This document shows, in pieces, positions 26,391-41,175 of a stretch of 64,000 nt of DNA (positions within the stretch are counted from its first letter, which is position 1; the number at the start of each line of letters is the position of its first letter). The stretch comes from the human T2T-CHM13v2.0 reference genome, Homo sapiens. A program made the position numbers and the translations under genes. The stretch is taken from the NCBI RefSeq assembly GCF_009914755.1, contig NC_060942.1. One strand, 5' to 3'. Below the pieces are notes generated by a model, which saw only the letters and a program-made list of their open reading frames with translations, did no database searches and had not been told where the DNA came from.

Positions 26391-29300
26391 TCTCAAGGAA
26401 AAAAATTAAAAGGAAAATATCCTTTAAATTATTTTTAAAGATATGTTTCTACACAAAGTTGGGGGAAAATATTCAACCAATTCATGTTTTACTGAACACT
26501 GTAAACACAAAACCCCAAGTACTATGGGCCCGGTTAGGAGGGAGACATCTGAAGTACTACATATTAGTTTATACATAAAGATGACACACTATGTATTCAT
26601 CAACACATACTAGAAGTTCTTGACTCCTTCAAAATCCAATGTACAAATAATCTAAAACAATGAATAAATATAAGCTATTATCATCCGTATTGTGCAGAAC
26701 AAGGTCACTAAAATCCCAGCCCTATCCCTGGAGTTTTCTCACTCTAAAGCCCCACTGCTCTAGTCCCTAAGAACTTCACCAGGGGAAGAAGTAGACAAGC
26801 GAGATGATATCTAGGGTCCCTTAAGGTTCTAATAATCTATACCCAAAATTAAGCTGCAGTCCCTGTTAGTTCATTCTATTCAGCATCCATTCAGCACCAT
26901 GTGCTGAGTGAGACAGCACTGTTGTTTTGTCCTTAGGGAGAGAAGCAGAGAACAGTACAATACTGTCCTAATCAAATGCCTTCCAACACAGTAGGAGGGG
27001 AAGGGAAGACAGTAAAAAAATTATTTTTAAAAAGCACTCACTGATCATTAGAAAACAAAGCAACCAGAAAAATGAAACATATGGATTTAAATCAGAATAC
27101 ATACAGTCATTAAAAGAAATGTTAAAAGACAGAGTTTTTGTCTTTGTTTTCTTTGCGTTCAGAAGGTTGAACTGCCAGTTTTTTAATGCTGCCCAAAATT
27201 ACACTGTGCCAAATACAAGTACTAAAAACTTAATCGAACAGGGCTGTACTCCAAAAATAGGTTAAAAGAGTACCTTAGAAGTTCAGAATAAAATTGGCTT
27301 CTTTAAAATGGAAGACACATAATTAAATTATATTTATTAAAAACTTATATTCAGAAAATAAAAGACTCACGGTAGAGTCTATGTTTTTGCCACTTTAATA
27401 GTGAAACTAACATTGAAGTTATTCTAAAATATTAGATTTAAACTTCTAATTAGCAAAACCAAAAATGTCTCTTGTAGGTTAATCATAAAGAGGAAAGGCA
27501 AAAGGACTCTTCTAAAAAGAAAAGTGATCTGCATTTCAGTGCACTACAGTATTTATAAGCTTGTGTCCTGTACCATTCCAATCAGATCAGTAATAATTCT
27601 GGTTGACTGCTATTATTTTGGTCAAACAGAAATGTTTCTAATTACCCTAAAAGATAATATACTCTACCAGGTTTGATTATAAAATGTGCCTATAGAAAAG
27701 TTTAATTGATTTTGTTCCACTGATAACATAAGGGAAAGAAAGGGAGAGAAGAGACAGAAATATGACAAAACAATCACACCTATTATATGACCAAAGAACA
27801 GTTCAGGAATTCCTAGAGGCACTTTTGTTTTTCTGCAGATACAGATTACAAGTCTTATATATTACAAGTCAATATTTTAAAGGAATAAGTCCATGCTTTC
27901 TTTTTTCTCTGGGCCACATTTTTCCATATGGGTTTGTTTTTTGCATTGCTTACCTATAACTAATAAGGTTAAATTATTAAATTTGGTATTTAAACAAATA
28001 AAGCAAAAACCACCCAACCACATACTATACAATTTTGGGTTTACCTCCTGAGCTACCTACCGCCTGCCCCAGTCTCTAGGGCCCAGTTCCAGCAGAGAAA
28101 AGAGAGCAGAGAACCTGCTGCCGTGGCAGCCGAAGCACCTGAGCCATCTGGAAAAACAAAGCTGGTTTCACAGGACTCACCGCCACCGAGTTTGGCAAAA
28201 CAAACATGCCACAGGTTTTGAAGGTGATTCCAAAGAAAGAGTTTCAAAAATGTTTTAAGTCTGGGGAGAATGGAAAGGAAACTGCTTGTGTTAGACAGGG
28301 GGTAATTAACAAATTTTAAATATACTTCCACAAATTTCCTATCTTGTATCACTTTTTTGTTTCGTTTTGATCTCTCACAAGTCAGCCACTGCCTTCACTG
28401 TTTGGAATCCTTGGCTCTCCACTGACCTGCCAGCGTGAGGCCAATGCTGACTGAAAGCGCGGTGTGCACAGGCAGAGCCTGCCAAACGGCGGTTCCCACT
28501 GGAGGGTTTCGGGCTGCTTCACTAGGGGACGCTGAAATGTAAGCCTTTTCCCCGTTTTGGTTCATTTTCTCTATAAGAGTATCCACTAATCTGGCAGGAA
28601 AGGGAATAGGGTGGGTAAAATCCTGGTGCCAGCATTCTAGCAGCCTAGTCAAGATACCTTACCCTTCCATATGTGGCCTTTCCACTGAGCCCTCGTCTCA
28701 GTAGGCCACCCTCCTTCCCCATTGCCTGAGAGTTCATTCAGGAGACTCTCTGGGTTCAGCCTCTATGGATAACAGATCTCTAGTATTAAACTGGGAAGGG
28801 GGGTGGCCTCCTAACACATGGGAAGGGACAGAACCTTGGACAGAACTGCTTCTTCCAACCAAGCCTGAATGCCTTCAGAGACCCCTGGCACTTCTGATTC
28901 CTAAGACTTTCCAGGGTTCTGGAGTAAGAACTGGCTTTTTTTCTGGAGTTCTCCAACCTTGAAGCCATTTAGCTTTCAGCTTTCACAGATCAGTGAAGCT
29001 CATCATTACTCCATTTTCCAACTTTCAAAATGTTATTAACATTGTGTTCCCCTCTCTTCTTCAATCTAATAAATTCATGACTTTTTAGAAGTCCCTTTGC
29101 TGATATTTTATTGGAGTTCCAGGAGAAAGCAAACATGCATGTTTAATCTACTATGCTTGAGAATAAGTCCCACAAAATAATTTTTTAAAAATAAGTTTAT
29201 ATTGAACTGTTTTGTGCCATGGAAGTGCCATTAAAGCCAGGCTTCCGCTTGGCTTTGTCGAGTCCCTGTCCCTTTTCTACTCTCCACAAAGCTGTACTCA

Positions 29301-29437
29301 CAGGTCATACAGTGTCTTGGGCCTAGCACCTTGCTCGCCCCAGGTCTGGGCAGCTGATCTGCTGCCTCCCTCCCCTCAGTGCTCACAGAGCTGCCCACTG
29401 GGCCACAGGTGGTAATCTCTTTCAAAACAGGAATAAC

Positions 29438-29748
<311 letters not shown>

Positions 29749-29927
29749 GGACTAACTCCCTCTCTGGGCTCTTCATCCTAGCACCTCCTACTTCCCTGGA
29801 CCTTCCTTTCAGCTTTATTTCCCACCACCCCCACTTTGTTGCTTTTATCTTCAGCCTCTCAATCTCCAAAGGCTTCTTCCCTCATTTAAAAAATAAATAA
29901 ACAAAAAATAATTGTAAAGAAACTATA

Positions 29928-30228
<301 letters not shown>

Positions 30229-30659
30229 CTATCATTGCAGCATGGTGGAGTAGTTACTCCAATAAGCCCTCCTGTACAAAACATCTAGTTCTTGGCTAAA
30301 ATAACACTTTTTAGTGCATTGATGGGCTTCCCAGAATGTAAAGCAAATTTCTAAGGACTCCAACCCTATAACCAAAAGAACAACCTACGAGCAAATAAAT
30401 GGACTTGAATCCAGAGTAAAACACTGAGAAGTAAGCAAACGCTAAGATAGGTAACCCTGAGGATGAATGCCAGTTAGAATGAAGCCCACTGACTAAGCCT
30501 CAGTCAGTGGCAAGGAATGGGGCCTGAACCTGAGACTCCACATTAAGTCAAGAATTGCTGCAGGATGCTAACATGGCATCAGGTGTTACAGGCCCTGGAT
30601 CCCTTTAGAAGCAAATGCAAATCTCTCCCTTATTTGGAGCCTCAAATAAGATCAAACAA

Positions 30660-30930
<271 letters not shown>

Positions 30931-31901
30931 ACAATCAATGACATCAAATACACAAGGAAACAAGCCATGAGAAGCGTTTCCAAAAACAAACAGCAGATTT
31001 AGGCCCCTAAGGATTTAAAATATTGGATTTATAAGACGCCAAATGTGAAATAAATATCAGTATTACCTTGGCAAGAATGGGGTATAATACCAAGCCAGAG
31101 GAAAGAAAAACTCACATTGAAGGCAAAAGGAAAATGGAAACAATTTTGTATTACTTCATAGTTTTGCCTAGGGCTGGCTTTGTCCCCTTTGACTGATTCT
31201 CAAACGCATGGACTAATGGAAGAGCTATCCTCATATAATAATACAAATTCTCCCTAACAATCTGCTACCACATCATACATAGCCTATGGGAAAATGTTCA
31301 AATACAAAATCCTCACAAATTTAGATTACAAACTAAGAGCTTACTGACAGTCACATTACTCTCATAAAGACTGCTTCACTGAAAATGCCAGCAATATCCA
31401 TGTGATCACAGCAGTATTACAATGGATTGGAATAAAGAAAAAAATGCTGTATGTGGAATAAGCCAACATACCTAAGATGCCTCAGTTGACTTTGCTCAAT
31501 TGTTTGCAGATGGCCCTCTACTTTTGTAAATTCGACCTTCAAACAACCTGTACCACTGTATATTATCGACCCCACTCTTTCATATACCTAAATCAGATAT
31601 CATATATCAGCTGATAAATGGATGTCTTCAGCTACTGCATGGTGATGCTCCATTTTTCCCCCTTTCAACAGTATCTCTGTAATCATTTAATTTTATTGCT
31701 CTTTTATCAACTGTAAAAAGAAATTGGCAGAAAATATAAAAAGGGCTAAAGTAGAAATCTCAAACTAACAACATGGAAGACTAAGGTAAAAATAATTACA
31801 TATGCCAAAAACAGAAAGTTTTTAGTCTTAAAAGATATTCATTGGACTTAAGCTGGTGGACCAAGAGTAGGCTCAATTATAAACACTAAAGAACATGTAT
31901 A

Positions 31902-32266
<365 letters not shown>

Positions 32267-32605
32267 TTAAAAAAAAAGAAAGAAAAGGTCTGTCAGTATG
32301 CAGACAGAATCACAGAGATTACCACAGAGATGGCTCTTTCAGTGAGATAACCATCTTGATAAAGTGGCCTATGGTTGAAAAAGTGTCATTCTCCCACTAC
32401 CCTTACATTAGGTTACCTAGGATGCACAACAAAAAACCTTGCTTCTCAAGCTTGGACAAGGGTGGGGGGTGCAGGGATACTCTGAGATTTGGACCCCAAA
32501 ATAAATACAGTATATCTCTAAAATGCATCAATTCACTTAATGGTATATAATGAAAAATAATTTTATATTACAATAAAAATGATATTGTTACAGGACAGAG
32601 AAATA

Positions 32606-33158
32606 TGTTACAGGAAAGGGGTCCCAATCCAGACCCCAAGACAGGGTTCTTGGATCTCGTGCAAGAAAGAATTCAGGACTAGTCCGCAATGCAAAGTGAA
32701 AGCAAGTTTATTAAGAAAGTATAGGAATGAAAGAACGGCTACTCCAGAGACAGAGCAGTCCCCAGGGCTGCCAGTTGCCCATTTTTATGGTTATTTCTTG
32801 ACTATATGCTAAACAAGGGGTAGATTATTCATGCCTCCCCTTTTTAGACCATATAGGGTAACTTCTTAAGATTGCCATGGCATTTGTAAACTGTCATGGC
32901 GCTGGTGGGAGTGTAGCAGTAAGGATGACCAGAGGTCACTCTCGTGGCCATTTTGGTTTTGGTGGGTTTTGGCTGGCTCCTTCACTGCAACTTGTTTTAT
33001 CAGCAAGGTCTTCATGACTGGTATTTTGTGCCAACTTCCTATCTCATTCTGTGACTTAGAATGTCTTAACTGTCTGGGAATATAGCCTGGTAGGTTTCAA
33101 CTTAATTTACCCAGCTCCTATTCAAGATGGAGTTGTTCTGGTTCCCATGCCTCTGACA
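32606..33158 (-). mobile_element. MER41A solo LTR (ERV1)
   Basis: 553 bp with TG..CA ends; minus strand begins TGTCAGAGGCATGGGAACCAGAACAACTCCATCTTGAATAGG and ends GACCCCTTTCCTGTAACA. Confidence 0.88.
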
Positions 33159-34084
33159 ATATCACGTTAAATAAAGTAAAAATATGCACATTTTGTAGGA
33201 CATAATACAAAACAAAGTGCTGGGTTTGCAGGTATTGAGTGGGCTATGCTCTTGGGCCCTGTGAGGATAAACATTCACTCCATTCTTGCTGCTAGCACTT
33301 CATGGGAAGGTTTGCAACTTACCAAGCAGAACTATGTTTTTGGTACTACTGGCATCACAAACATGAAGGCCAGCATTAACAAAACTAACACACGCAAGAC
33401 ACAATTCTAATTAAAAGCTCTAACTTCAGACATCAGTATATATTTAAAAAATATAGAAGGCTAATGATCAAAATAGTAAATTAAACATATCCATCTCTTG
33501 AAACTCAAACTCAATGTATAAAGCACAAGCTCTGAAAATCATGCTAAATGATAAACAATAACTGTGAAAGATGATGGGGTGGTTTGGGAATAGTTAAATT
33601 AATTAGATTCTACATAATTCTCACAAATATTCTCTCCTAGAAAAAAATAAAGTATATAACATTCAAAATACCAAAATTCTGCAGTATCTCTCACACACCA
33701 ACTTAGTTAACTTCCTCAAAATCCTTGATTAAGTCTATACTATAACATACAGTTATATGGTAGTCAGAGAACATAATGGTCAATCCCAAAAGAAGATCAA
33801 GACCAGCAAAAAATCTAGCTATATTCAGAAACAACTTAGAAGGTCTTATGTTCCTTTCCTACTTAGTGACTGAGAAAGAGACAGAAAATGTATTTTGCCT
33901 GTGAAAGTTTAGGGGGAAGAGGAAGCAGTACCTGTTTTTCCAGTACCACTAATCAAATGTGGAGTCAAAGGGACTTTTATTATTGAAATAAATTTTGGTG
34001 AAATGACAAATGCTCAATCTCTAAAAATATTAGGATGGTTCAGTTTGCTTCCTGTGCCTCAGCTCCCTTTTCCAAGGTAGCTTA

Positions 34085-34507
<423 letters not shown>

Positions 34508-34635
34508 CTACAGTGAAACTGGAGAGTTGTTTCCCCTGAGAAGACAAGGTAAACATTTTTATCCAAGGGAAATACTCGTGGGGCAGCCCCTAAACACCTG
34601 GGGCTCTCACAGTTACAAAGCGGGAAAGGGGAAAA

Positions 34636-34636
<1 letters not shown>

Positions 34637-34674
<38 letters not shown>

Positions 34675-34762
34675 CTATACCTACCTTGGGCTTTAGAAGA
34701 AAAAAAAATATATATATAAACATATATACACATATATATATGTATATATACACACACACATA
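34637..34762. repeat. (CA)n microsatellite followed by a mixed TA/CA simple repeat
   Basis: Uninterrupted CA run at about 34637-34670, then tatatata/cacaca. Confidence 0.9.
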
Positions 34763-35099
34763 TTCATTGTCATTTTATTCACCCTTTATAGGAAACTATT
34801 CTTAATAAATTATAACTTGGTACAGTATCTGAAATTTAACATTTTTTTAACAGCATCAAAGAGAATTTCAGTACCTATCCCCTTCCCCCTATCCCCCAAA
34901 GTTAATGAGGTAGTAATTCATACTAACTCAAAACTGGACAAAACAATAAGTGACCTTCCATGAAATGGTCTTCTGGGACAGAAGGGAAAATAAAAGATGA
35001 CAGCAAATAAAACTGCTAAAATTGATATGCTTGCTTTATTCAAGAATAATAAAGTTATCCACATTTTAACTATGAAATGTAGAATAATACCTGAGATAC

Positions 35100-35641
35100 T
35101 GTGATGGTTAATATCGAGTGTCAACTTGATCGGATTGAAGGATGCAAAGTACTGTTCCTGGATGTGTCTGTGAGGGTGTTGCCAAAGGAGATCAACGTTT
35201 GAGTCAGTGGACTGGGAGAGGCATACCCACCCTCAATCTGGGTGGGCACCATCTAATCAGCTGCCAGGACAAATAGAATAAAGCAGGCAGAAGAACATGG
35301 AAGGAACAGACTTGCTGAGTCTCCTGGCCTTCATCTTTCTCCCATGCTGGATGCTTCTTGCCCTCAAACACTGGACTCCAGATTCTTCTGTTTTTGGACC
35401 CTTGGACTTACACCAGTGGTTTGCCAGGGACTCTTGGGCCTTCAGACACAGACTGAAGGCTGCACTGTCAGCCCTACTTTTGAGGTTTTGGGACTCAAAC
35501 TGGCTTCCTTGCTCCTCAGCTTGCACAGGGCCTATTGTGGCACTTCACGTTGTGATCATGTGAGTCACTACTCCTTAATAAACTCCCCTTCATATATACA
35601 TCTATGCTATTTGTCCTGTCCCTCCAGAGAACCCTAATACA
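35100..35641 (+). mobile_element. MLT2A solo LTR (ERVL)
   Basis: tgtgatggttaatatcgagtgtcaacttga...ggcaccatctaatcagctgcc...aataaactcccc...agagaaccctaataca. Confidence 0.88.
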
Positions 35642-36720
35642 ATAACTTTCAAAGAAAAGTAGAACATATGATTTCCCTTCCCTGCAACCAGCCAACTATG
35701 TCATCTGTTGGAAAGAAACTTTAGAACACTTACGAAACAAACTTAATTGTGATATTTTTAATTCAGTATGCTCTCAAGGATGAAACTTGAATTTAAATAC
35801 ACTCAACCATATTTGTCCAGTATCAGTAGAGGAAAACAAAAATGTTTCCACATAAACAGAAAACAAAAGATTGCTGATATCTTGCTCAAGCACAAACTAG
35901 AGTCTGCTCATCTATCTGCCTATTTGGGGACAGGGCATATGTAAACTGCAGCAAATTCCATTTAGTCTACAAACTTCTGACCAAAGAAAATGAAGAGCTC
36001 TTGCCTGCTAAATGTTCTGCATGCCTTGCACACAGCATTGCTATGAGGCAGTAGTTTCCTGCCCTGTGATGTTTGCCACCTTTCAGTTTTCTCAAAACCT
36101 GCAGAACTTAGTGAGATTCGGACCTTACAGAAATGAAAGGCGATAGACTCCTTGGACATGAACCTGCCAAATGGCTATCAAGGTGGCCAGTCACAGAAAA
36201 GCTGTTAAAATGTTAGAAGATGGTAAAATCGTATTTTCAAAGTGTGAGTCAAGAAGAATGTCCTTTTCTAATTTGGAAATACACTGAGGATAAGAATGAA
36301 GAAAAAGATTGCAGTAAAACAGAAATTCATATTCTATTTCTCCAAAACCGTTTCCTGATCTTGAAAGAGGCCATAAGGAGCCTAAAGAAGGATGAAATGA
36401 CTGTCCTAAGTTGCTCAACAGTATGTGTAGAAAATTGCTCTACCATCAGGTAATGGGGTCTCAGAGGGAGAAGAGATAAATACACATGGTCACTCTGCTA
36501 CTTGAGTTGAAAGTATTGTAAACTATTGTTTTCTTGTACCATGTCATTTCATTTGCTCAAAATGTAACATAATACCTTAATACATTTAAATGATATAACC
36601 AGAATTTCCATAAGATTTTTGCCATCTAAAAATAGTTTTAAGAAATGCTTGAATGCACAAAAGGTTAACTTTCCACAGAATCTTTTCTACTTCCCCATAA
36701 TATTGTTTTTAAAAATTCTA

Positions 36721-37128
<408 letters not shown>

Positions 37129-38009
37129 TTATACGTTTGTTTCCCTTTGTCAATATTTGACTTTGACATTTAAAAACACGTATTTAGCAACACAGTTGAA
37201 ACCACAGTGAAAAATTACTCCTAGGTATATGAAAGTGTTATTATACATATGCATGAAATCCACATAGCACACAGACCTCCATTAAAAGTATACACATCTC
37301 AAAGTTCTCTCCCAATACCTGTTCCCACAAGAGATGTTAACATATGACCTTGAATCACACAGGTGACGCTGTCAGCCTGATGAGGGCAGAGATCTATTTT
37401 GAAAACAGAACTCGGAAAACTATGGGGCAACACTGCCTTGCCCTCAGAAAGGAAAGATTGTGTGAAGGGTAATCTTTCCCTGTATCTTCAGAAAAAGATG
37501 AGACACTTTGGCATCATAAAACTGTCCTTGAAAATGTTACTTCTGATAAAGTGTCGTAGTCCCAAAGACACTCAGACCCAGAAGCTATTGCTGCACGCTA
37601 TGAAAGTAACCTTTACCATAAAATCTGACTAGTTGGCTCCCTTAATAATATATTGACTTGGCAATGATATTTAAAACTGACACCTCTGTTTTCTGAAAGA
37701 AATACATATTTGTGTGAGTTTTATTTTTTATATTACTTTCTTCTTCATCCACATGCATGAAAGTCAAAATAAATGAAAGCTTCAACCCCACCAGCTTTCT
37801 TATTTAAAACGAAAAACAAAAACAAAAAACGCTTGAGTCTTCACTCATTTAAATTAACACAGAAAAAGAAAAAATGACAGTATAAGTTCATTTTAAAATG
37901 AAAATTATAAGGATAACTGGAATTTTCAAAATCATACTTTTATTCCTGAAATTTTATCCTTAAATGTTACACATGATATATCCAGAACATCTTTAAAAAC
38001 AATACTTAC

Positions 38010-38143
38010 TGTAATTGCCAGGAGATTTTTCTTCATAAGTAAAATGAAGTTGTAATTCCTCCTCTGACATCTGACAGATGAACACTTTCAGCAAACAGCA
38101 AATAATAAACAAAGCATTGTGTGTCTGCCAAATGAAGATGTGG
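38010..38143 (-). CDS. DYM: Dymeclin coding exon (exon 5), 134 nt, phase 2 to 1
   Basis: Acceptor ggtctttctag|CCACATC and donor TTACA|gtaagt; translates [44 protein letters not shown]. Confidence 0.97.
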
Positions 38144-39107
38144 CTAGAAAGACCAAAATCATACAAGAATCAATATTTAAACATAAGCACCATAGTTTAT
38201 TTCTAGTTCATGATTTCTTCCTGATTTGACAACCGTTTTGTCCATCCTATTGGTAATATTAGGATAATGTCCATATCTTTTAATGGCTCATGATTTATTT
38301 CATTGTACCAGTGATATTATGTTTTACTTCATAGTTCATTCCATGTACTTTACATAGTGAATCTACTTAATAAAAATCTTTACTGATGACTGTAGGAATG
38401 ACTGTTCTTTGTTCTTAATAGGTATACCACGTACATGCGATTAAAAGAGAAGAAAGCTACCAAAAAATTTAAAAAATTGTGGTAACATAAAAAGAATATA
38501 TGCAAATATGTAACCAAAATTTTCGACGAGGCATTGCCAGCAGCACGGTAAAATACTTTTTATTTGTATTAATGACCATGAACTCCCAAGAAAAACTTTA
38601 TTGGATTCAATGTAATTTGTTTATAAGCAAGACAATGCAAAATATTTTAATCTTTTCAGAGACTGACATCCAAACATGGTTTTGAAAAATGCTTCAGTGC
38701 ATAAAAAGTTAACCTTCCATTGATGTAAAGAATATAACGGAAATAACTGCAACAGATGTAGAATGAAATAAAACTCAGACTAAGTCATCATTTAAACTAG
38801 ATAGCAGCAGCAGTGATAATGGGGGGGAGGGGAATTACCTTCTTAACGATAATTACATCATTATTCACCTTCTTAAAGAATATAATCTAAAGATTGTCTA
38901 AAAAGCTGAAATCAGATTCCCGAATCTATAATCTCACCCCAGTGACTTAGACACTAACCTAAAACCTCTCTACCTTTTTTTCTTAATAATGAGAATAATT
39001 CCTTCACAGAGATTTTCAAAAGACCACAGTCCATTTCCATCAATAAATGAAAACTAAAATTCACATTGTTAAATATAAAGCAAACATGGTTTAATTAGCC
39101 AGCTTAC

Positions 39108-39201
39108 TTCTGACATTCTGCTGAAAGTTTTAGTTCTTTGGTTCTAGAAAGGAAGACCTTAATTAGTGCACCAAGATTTCCTGTTCGAGGATTGTTTTCA
39201 A
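39108..39201 (-). CDS. DYM: Dymeclin coding exon (exon 4), 94 nt, phase 1 to 2
   Basis: Acceptor ttttcttctcttgcag|TTGAAA and donor TCAGAA|gtaagc; translates [32 protein letters not shown]. Confidence 0.97.
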
Positions 39202-39759
39202 CTGCAAGAGAAGAAAAGGTTTTAAAAAGTTAAATTTAAGAACTAAAATCAAAGTGAGCTTATCATAACATTTATAAAACCAAATGTCATATTAAAATTG
39301 CTCAGTGACCAACTTTACTGTTAATTTCATACCTAATTAGAGAACTAAGCAATGAGAGAAACTGCTGCTCTTGGTCTTAATTCTGAACATCAAAAACTGA
39401 TTTGCAAAATGAAAATGATAGAAACAGTACAAGTAGCCATCTTATCTCAGAATCCAAAATCATAAAGGAAAAAATAGTTAATAGACACATTCAACTTACA
39501 CACTAAATCTTTCTCTAGAAAGGAGATTTTTAAAAACTCAAAAATTGATTATCTATGTCTCCAGTATATAGAATATAATAAACTATAAAAGTTTATTAAA
39601 TCTAAAACACTCTTCAGATTACAAATCATTTGAATGAAAAATTAAGAAAACATATCAACAAAGCAGTGTGGCTAGAAGGGGAGCTATTTGACCAGACAAA
39701 ACTTTAAAGAATTTTTTTTTAACTTTAAACGATGGGCATTTCAGCAACTGTATCAGGAA

Positions 39760-40260
39760 TCAGAAGATTTAGTTTCTAGATCCAGGTCTATAATTAACTG
39801 AATACTGAATCTCAGACAAATCACTGTACTTCTCCAACCTCAGTTTTCTCATCTGTAAAAGAAACAACAGCTAACATATGCTGAACAACATAGAGTAGGT
39901 GCTTTACATGCATTAACTCATTTAATCCTCACACCAACCCTCCAGGAAAAGCACTAGTATCACTTGCATTTCACCGATCCTCACCTGGAGGTTGTTACTT
40001 GCTCAAGGAAACATCCTTATCAACTGGCTCAAATCTTTGACTTTAAACTGCTAGGTTGAAGCAACCTCTATAATCAAGAAATTGGACTTAAGGAAACTAT
40101 AAAGCTCTATTGGGCTGCACAGCAAGTCACAGAAGCTAAGAATTCATCAGAAGGGAGAGACTATTTTGTAGAACCTTCCATTTGACTGATGAAGAGACAG
40201 GCTCAGAAAGGCTAAGCGCTGAGCTTAAAGTCAACAATATGTTAGTAGCAAACACAGTCT
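39760..40260. mobile_element. Cluster of MIR fragments on both strands
   Basis: cctcagttttctcatctgtaaaa and actcatttaatcctcac cores. Confidence 0.6.
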
Positions 40261-40440
40261 TTTTCCTTGACCAATGGTTTTCAAAATGTGAGATTCCAGA
40301 GTCCTGGATAATTGTTTCTCTTCTGAAGTATTTTTAACTAGTTTGAAAACTGGAAATGCAAACACTCAAACACACTGACTTAGGCTGCCAGGAAAGTTCA
40401 TTCTTATGCAGATCTGGGAATTTCGCATATATTTGAACTT

Positions 40441-40653
40441 CTTTTTTTTTTAACATAGAAACAGGGTCTCGGTCTACCACCCAGGCTGGACAGCAGTGGT
40501 GCAATCATAGCTCTCTGCAACCTTGAGCTCCTGGGTTCAAGTGATCCTTCTGCCTCAGCCTCCCAAGTAGTTAGTGCTACAGGCATGCACCACCATGCCC
40601 AGCTAATTGTATTTTTTGTAGAGATGGTTTTGCCCTATGTTGCCCAAGCTGGT
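40441..40653 (-). mobile_element. 5'-truncated AluJ
   Basis: Right arm plus partial left arm; TSD atatttgaactt on both sides. Confidence 0.88.
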
Positions 40654-40904
40654 ATATTTGAACTTACTGAAATGTGTCAAGATTTGAAAAAAATGAAGTT
40701 TTCCAGAATATTTTTTTAAAATTCAGGCCCATACATATATATTTTAAAATATTATACATGGGAATAAGTACAGCATTACAGCATACCTGCATTGTGCTTA
40801 CTAACTGCCAAGCTCACTCCCTGCTGCATATATATTTTTGTCATGACTTAAGAGTCTATTCAAGTAACTGCCTAACTTTCTAACTGTGATAAAATGTCAA
40901 GCAC

Positions 40905-41175
40905 TTTGCTATTCCAAGCGTGGCTCATGGACCGGCCACAACAGCATTATCTGAGAGCTTGGTGGAAGTTCAGAATCCCAGGTCCACCATACTCCTAACT
41001 GAAGCTGACAGTACTTCTCAAAGTTTAATGTGCATTTAAATCACAAGTCATTCTTATTTAAATGCAAATGGACTGCACATGTGTGAAATGTGCACTGAGA
41101 TTCTGCATCTCTACCGTTCCCCAGTGACATCCACTACTGCTGCTGCTGGCTGGAGAATCCCACTGTGAGTAGCAA
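40905..41175. mobile_element. MER5-like hAT-Charlie fragments
   Basis: gagcttggtggaagttcagaatcccaggtcc and ctgagattctgcatctctac motifs. Confidence 0.5.

Noticed and set aside
28148-28180. GT...AG mini-intron between the donor at 28181 and the acceptor at 28147
   Set aside because: At 33 nt it is too short for spliceosomal removal; the two sites could only be used in alternative transcripts.
32606-33158. MER41 as an interferon-gamma/STAT1 enhancer
   Set aside because: The length and sequence fit MER41A. The relevant position reads TTCCCAGAC rather than a GAS motif (TTCnnnGAA), and the tandem GAS sites are a MER41B feature.
36220-36453. 77-aa ATG-initiated plus-strand ORF ending near a CAG|gtaatg donor-like site
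   Set aside because: I recognised no homology and have no evidence for an antisense transcript; its length is within chance expectation.
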